Positions 20,795 through 24,000 of a stretch of DNA of 24,000 nt are shown here, piece by piece. The first letter of the stretch is position 1, and each line of letters starts with the position of its first letter. A program made the position numbers and the translations under genes. A model generated the notes under the pieces. The model saw only the letters and a program-made list of their open reading frames with translations. It was not told where the DNA came from and did not search any database. Source of the stretch: Bacillota bacterium (GTDB lineage: Bacteria > Bacillota > Desulfotomaculia > Desulfotomaculales > Ammonificaceae); NCBI GenBank assembly GCA_040756575.1, contig JBFLYP010000008.1:79523-103522 (forward strand), in the 5' to 3' direction.

Positions 20795-21546
20795 GGCCGC
20801 CACACGGGCGGGTATTAGGCGTACGGGTGGATGCGACAAGTTTCGCTGACGCAGTATCGAGGATCGGCGGTTGGGCTAACGGGTTCGAATCCCGTTACGT
20901 GGTGGTCGCCAACGTCCACGTGGCAATGATGGCGCACGATGACCCGGCATACCGGGAAATCGTGAATAACGCTGATCTTGTCACTCCCGACGGGATGCCG
21001 CTCGTCTGGGCACTCCGGGTTCTGGGCTTTAAGCAGCAGGAACGGGTTCACGGGGCACGTTTGGTTCTGGACCTCTGCAACTGGGCTGCGGCTAACGAAG
21101 CGCCTGTATTTTTCTACGGGAGTACGCCGGAAACACTCGCCGCGCTGCGCCGCAATCTCCTGGCCCGTTTCCCCAACCTCCGTATCGCCGGCATGTACTC
21201 CCCTCCCTTCCGGCCGCTTTCACCCGCGGAGGACGAAGCTGATGTTAAGCGAATAAACGCTTCGGGTGCGCACATTGTTTTTGTGGGGCTGGGCGCGCCC
21301 AAGCAGGAGCGGTGGATGGCCGCTCACCGGGGGCGGGTTAATGCAGTGATGCTGGGCGTGGGGGCGGCTTTCGATATCCTTGCTGGCCGAATAAAGCAGG
21401 CGCCGGCGTGGATGCAGCGCTCAGGGCTGGAGTGGCTATACCGGTTACTGAAGGAACCACGGCGGCTCTGGTGGCGCTATTTGTATTACAACCCGCGGTA
21501 TCTGGCTTTGCTATCGCTGCAACTGTTGGGCCTGAAAAAGTTTTGA
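20791..21546 (+). CDS. WecB/TagA/CpsF family (GT26) glycosyltransferase
   Basis: VTPDGMPLVWALRVLG, FFYGSTPETL, VFVGLGAPKQERWMA, GVGAAFDILAGRIKQAP.W....GLEWLYRL. Confidence 0.85.
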   Translation: MRPPHGRVLGVRVDATSFADAVSRIGGWANGFESRYVVVANVHVAMMAHDDPAYREIVNNADLVTPDGMPLVWALRVLGFKQQERVHGARLVLDLCNWAAANEAPVFFYGSTPETLAALRRNLLARFPNLRIAGMYSPPFRPLSPAEDEADVKRINASGAHIVFVGLGAPKQERWMAAHRGRVNAVMLGVGAAFDILAGRIKQAPAWMQRSGLEWLYRLLKEPRRLWWRYLYYNPRYLALLSLQLLGLKKF

Positions 21547-21561
21547 AAGGTGGCTGGTTTT

Positions 21562-22614
21562 GTGCAAAAACGGAAAGCGCTCATCACCGGGATCACGGGG
21601 CAGGACGGAGCGTACCTGACGGAGCTTCTCCTTGGTAAAGGCTACGAGGTTCACGGAGTTATCCGCCGGTCCTCTACCTTCAACACTGACCGCATCGACC
21701 ATCTCTACCGCGACCCACACGACGCAGCGGCGAAGGTTTTCCTCCATTACGGGGACCTGACGGATGGAGCGAGTCTTCGGAAGATACTGGAAAAGGTTGG
21801 GCCGGATGAGGTTTACAACCTCGGGGCGCAATCACACGTCAAGGTCTCCTTCGAGGTCCCAGAATATACAGTTGATGTCGTGGCGCTCGGCACGCTGCGC
21901 CTCCTGGAAGCCGTGCGCGAATACCGCGAACGCACCGGCAAACAGGTGAAGTTTTATCAGGCCAGTTCTTCAGAGATGTTCGGCGCTGCACCGCCGCCTC
22001 AGAATGAGAAGACCCCTTTCTACCCTCGCAGCCCGTATGCCTGCGCAAAGGTGTACGCCTATTGGCAGGTGGTTAACTACCGGGAGGCGTACGGGCTGTT
22101 TGCCTGCAACGGCATCCTTTTCAACCACGAATCGCCCCGCCGGGGTGAAACCTTCGTCACACGCAAGATTACCCGGGCGGCTACCAGGATCAAGCTCGGT
22201 CTGCAGGACAAGCTCTACCTGGGCAACCTTGATGCCAAACGCGACTGGGGCTATGCGGGGGACTACGTGGAAGCCATGTGGCTCATGCTCCAGCAGGACG
22301 AACCGGACGACTACGTGGTCGCCACGGGCGAATCCCGTTCGGTGCGGGATTTCTTGGGAGAGGCCTTCGGTTTGCTGGGTCTCGACTGGCGGGAATACGT
22401 GGAGATCGACCCCCGCTACTTCCGTCCGACGGAGGTTGAGTTCTTGCTGGGAGATGCCGCGAAAGCCCGGCAAAAGCTCGGGTGGCAACCCAGGGTAAGC
22501 TTCAAAGAGCTTGTGAAGATGATGGTGGACCACGACATGGAGCTCGCACGTCAGGAAAAGACTTTAAAGGACGCAGGGCACGTTGTGGCACTGAGAGGGA
22601 TCGCGAATGATTGA
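21562..22614 (+). CDS. gmd: GDP-mannose 4,6-dehydratase
   Basis: [81 protein letters not shown]. Start taken as GTG 21562 (RBS aaaggtgg); GTG 21550 is also possible. Confidence 0.95.
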   Translation: MQKRKALITGITGQDGAYLTELLLGKGYEVHGVIRRSSTFNTDRIDHLYRDPHDAAAKVFLHYGDLTDGASLRKILEKVGPDEVYNLGAQSHVKVSFEVPEYTVDVVALGTLRLLEAVREYRERTGKQVKFYQASSSEMFGAAPPPQNEKTPFYPRSPYACAKVYAYWQVVNYREAYGLFACNGILFNHESPRRGETFVTRKITRAATRIKLGLQDKLYLGNLDAKRDWGYAGDYVEAMWLMLQQDEPDDYVVATGESRSVRDFLGEAFGLLGLDWREYVEIDPRYFRPTEVEFLLGDAAKARQKLGWQPRVSFKELVKMMVDHDMELARQEKTLKDAGHVVALRGIAND

Positions 22615-22635
22615 TTGGGGAGGAGCGGCATAGTA

Positions 22636-23595
22636 ATGGATAAGGGTGCAAAGATTTACGTAGCCGGGCACCGAGGGTTAGTGGGCTCCGCAATCGTGCG
22701 AAGGCTTAAATCGGAGGGCTACACCAATCTTGTGCTCCGGACACATCAGGAGCTGGACCTCACCAACCAAGAGGCAGTTTACCGTTTCTTCGCGGACGAG
22801 CGCCCGGAATACGTTTTCTTGGCCGCCGCCAAAGTCGGCGGTATCCTGGCCAACAGCACCTATCCGGCGGCTTTTATCAGGGAAAACCTGCTCATCCAGA
22901 CCAATGTTATTGATGCGGCGTATCGTCACGCGGTGAAAAAGCTTCTCTTCCTTGGTTCTTCTTGTATTTATCCCAAGTTTGTACCCCAGCCGATGAAGGA
23001 AGAATACCTCCTGACCGGGACGCTCGAACCGACAAACGAGCCTTACGCCGTCGCGAAAATCGCCGGGATAAAGATGTGCCAGGCTTACAACAAGCAGTAC
23101 GGCACGAACTTCATCAGCGTGATGCCGACAAACCTTTACGGTCCAGGTGACAACTTCGACCTTGAAACCTCACACGTTCTGCCGGCTTTAATCCGCAAGT
23201 TTCACGAGGCAAAAGTTTCCGGAGCGCCGTACGTCATGGTTTGGGGTTCGGGCACGCCGCGTCGTGAATTTTTGCATGTGGACGATTTAGCGGACGCCTG
23301 TCTCTTTCTAATGAAAAATTACAACTCGTCAGAAATTATTAATATCGGCGTTGGCGAAGACCTGACGATCGCTGAACTGGCGGCGATGGTCAGGGAGATA
23401 GTCGGTTATACTGGTGAGATCGTCTTCGATACCTCCAAACCAGACGGCACGCCGCGCAAACTTCTCGATGTCGGCAAATTGTTCGGGTTCGGGTGGCGGC
23501 CGCGTATTCCTCTGAGGGACGGTATCCGGTCTACTTACGAATGGTTCTTACAAAACTATAAGAAGGCCTCCCCATCGCCCTGCTCGAAGCGATGA
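22636..23595 (+). CDS. fcl: GDP-L-fucose synthase (GDP-4-keto-6-deoxymannose 3,5-epimerase/4-reductase); extreme 3' end is read from a fused GT fragment
   Basis: [66 protein letters not shown]. The last about 12 codons ([11 protein letters not shown]) overlap the GT4 C-terminal fragment in another frame. Confidence 0.9.
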   Translation: MDKGAKIYVAGHRGLVGSAIVRRLKSEGYTNLVLRTHQELDLTNQEAVYRFFADERPEYVFLAAAKVGGILANSTYPAAFIRENLLIQTNVIDAAYRHAVKKLLFLGSSCIYPKFVPQPMKEEYLLTGTLEPTNEPYAVAKIAGIKMCQAYNKQYGTNFISVMPTNLYGPGDNFDLETSHVLPALIRKFHEAKVSGAPYVMVWGSGTPRREFLHVDDLADACLFLMKNYNSSEIINIGVGEDLTIAELAAMVREIVGYTGEIVFDTSKPDGTPRKLLDVGKLFGFGWRPRIPLRDGIRSTYEWFLQNYKKASPSPCSKR

Positions 23596-23876
23596 GCTAC
23601 GGCCTCCCCTGCCTCGCCAGCGACATCCCACCGCACCGGGAGGTGATTGTAGACGGAGAAAATGGTTTTCTTTTTGCCGCAGATAACCAAGAAGCCCTCA
23701 GGCAGCGATTGGGAGAACTGATTGCGCTGGGCGAAGAAACGCGACAGCGTATCAGCAGTGCGGCACGAACTCTGGTGATGCAGGATTACGATTGGGATGC
23801 AGTTGTTGACCAGATAGAGGCGCTTTATGCCGAAGGCTTGAAGCGATATGAAAAGAGGAAAAATAAAACAAGCTGA
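23562..23876 (+). pseudogene. C-terminal fragment of a GT4 glycosyltransferase
   Basis: [38 protein letters not shown] is the GT4 E-x7-E region. The frame opens only at 23562 (TAA at 23559-23561). No N-terminal domain. Confidence 0.7.
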
Positions 23877-24000
23877 CATCCACCAGGAGGACTTTAACCC
23901 ACCGCCGCCGGAGGTACTGGGAAACCGGGTCTCGAAGCTGGACCGGTACAAAAAAGACATCGATGAGTGGTTGGAAGAAGACAAGCGGGCCCGGAAGAAA
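23848..24000 (+). mobile_element. Probable IS21-family transposase (IstA-like) ORF, start atypical or truncated, continues past window end
   Basis: MKRGKIKQADIHQEDFNPPPPEVLGNRVSKLDRYKKDIDEWLEEDKRARKK resembles the IstA segment ..SKLDPY...I..WLe.D...prKqRHT. The usual N-terminal HTH region is not present upstream. Recalled pattern, not searched. Confidence 0.35.

Overview
All convincing coding sequence is on the + strand. The window is a cell-surface polysaccharide (EPS/O-antigen-type) biosynthesis locus. It contains a priming sugar transferase at 2-1498, then from 13.2 kb an acetyltransferase, two kinase-like proteins, GT4 glycosyltransferases, a Wzy/O-antigen-ligase-family protein, a GT26 transferase, gmd and fcl. 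An island of about 11.6 kb (about 1.5-13.2 kb) splits this locus. The island holds roughly 18 short cassettes, mostly two-gene toxin-antitoxin modules: MNT-HEPN, RelE-like, DUF433/DUF5615, two HicBA, four PIN/VapC and DUF6516. It also holds a PAPS-reductase-family gene, four-helix-bundle (23S rRNA IVS protein family) genes and a terminal Mrr-like nuclease-fold protein. Many cassettes survive only as decayed or truncated duplicates. Almost every cassette boundary is a tandem array of strictly phased 7-nt units (GAACGTT / GAACCTT / GAACTTC types). There are 16 arrays of 30-170 bp. Five of them end in a conserved 30-nt hairpin motif (GAACGGACCCCARAGGTCCATCCCTTAAGC). I see no integrase, transposase, tRNA or classical attC site inside the island. 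I consider this repeat-delimited cassette array the most unusual thing in the window. The right-hand part of the polysaccharide locus (18.8-24.0 kb) is itself mosaic: it has glycosyltransferase and Wzy gene fragments at novel junctions and ends in a probable IS21-family transposase fragment. All family assignments come from motifs read by eye in the supplied translations. No database search, alignment statistic or GC calculation was run.
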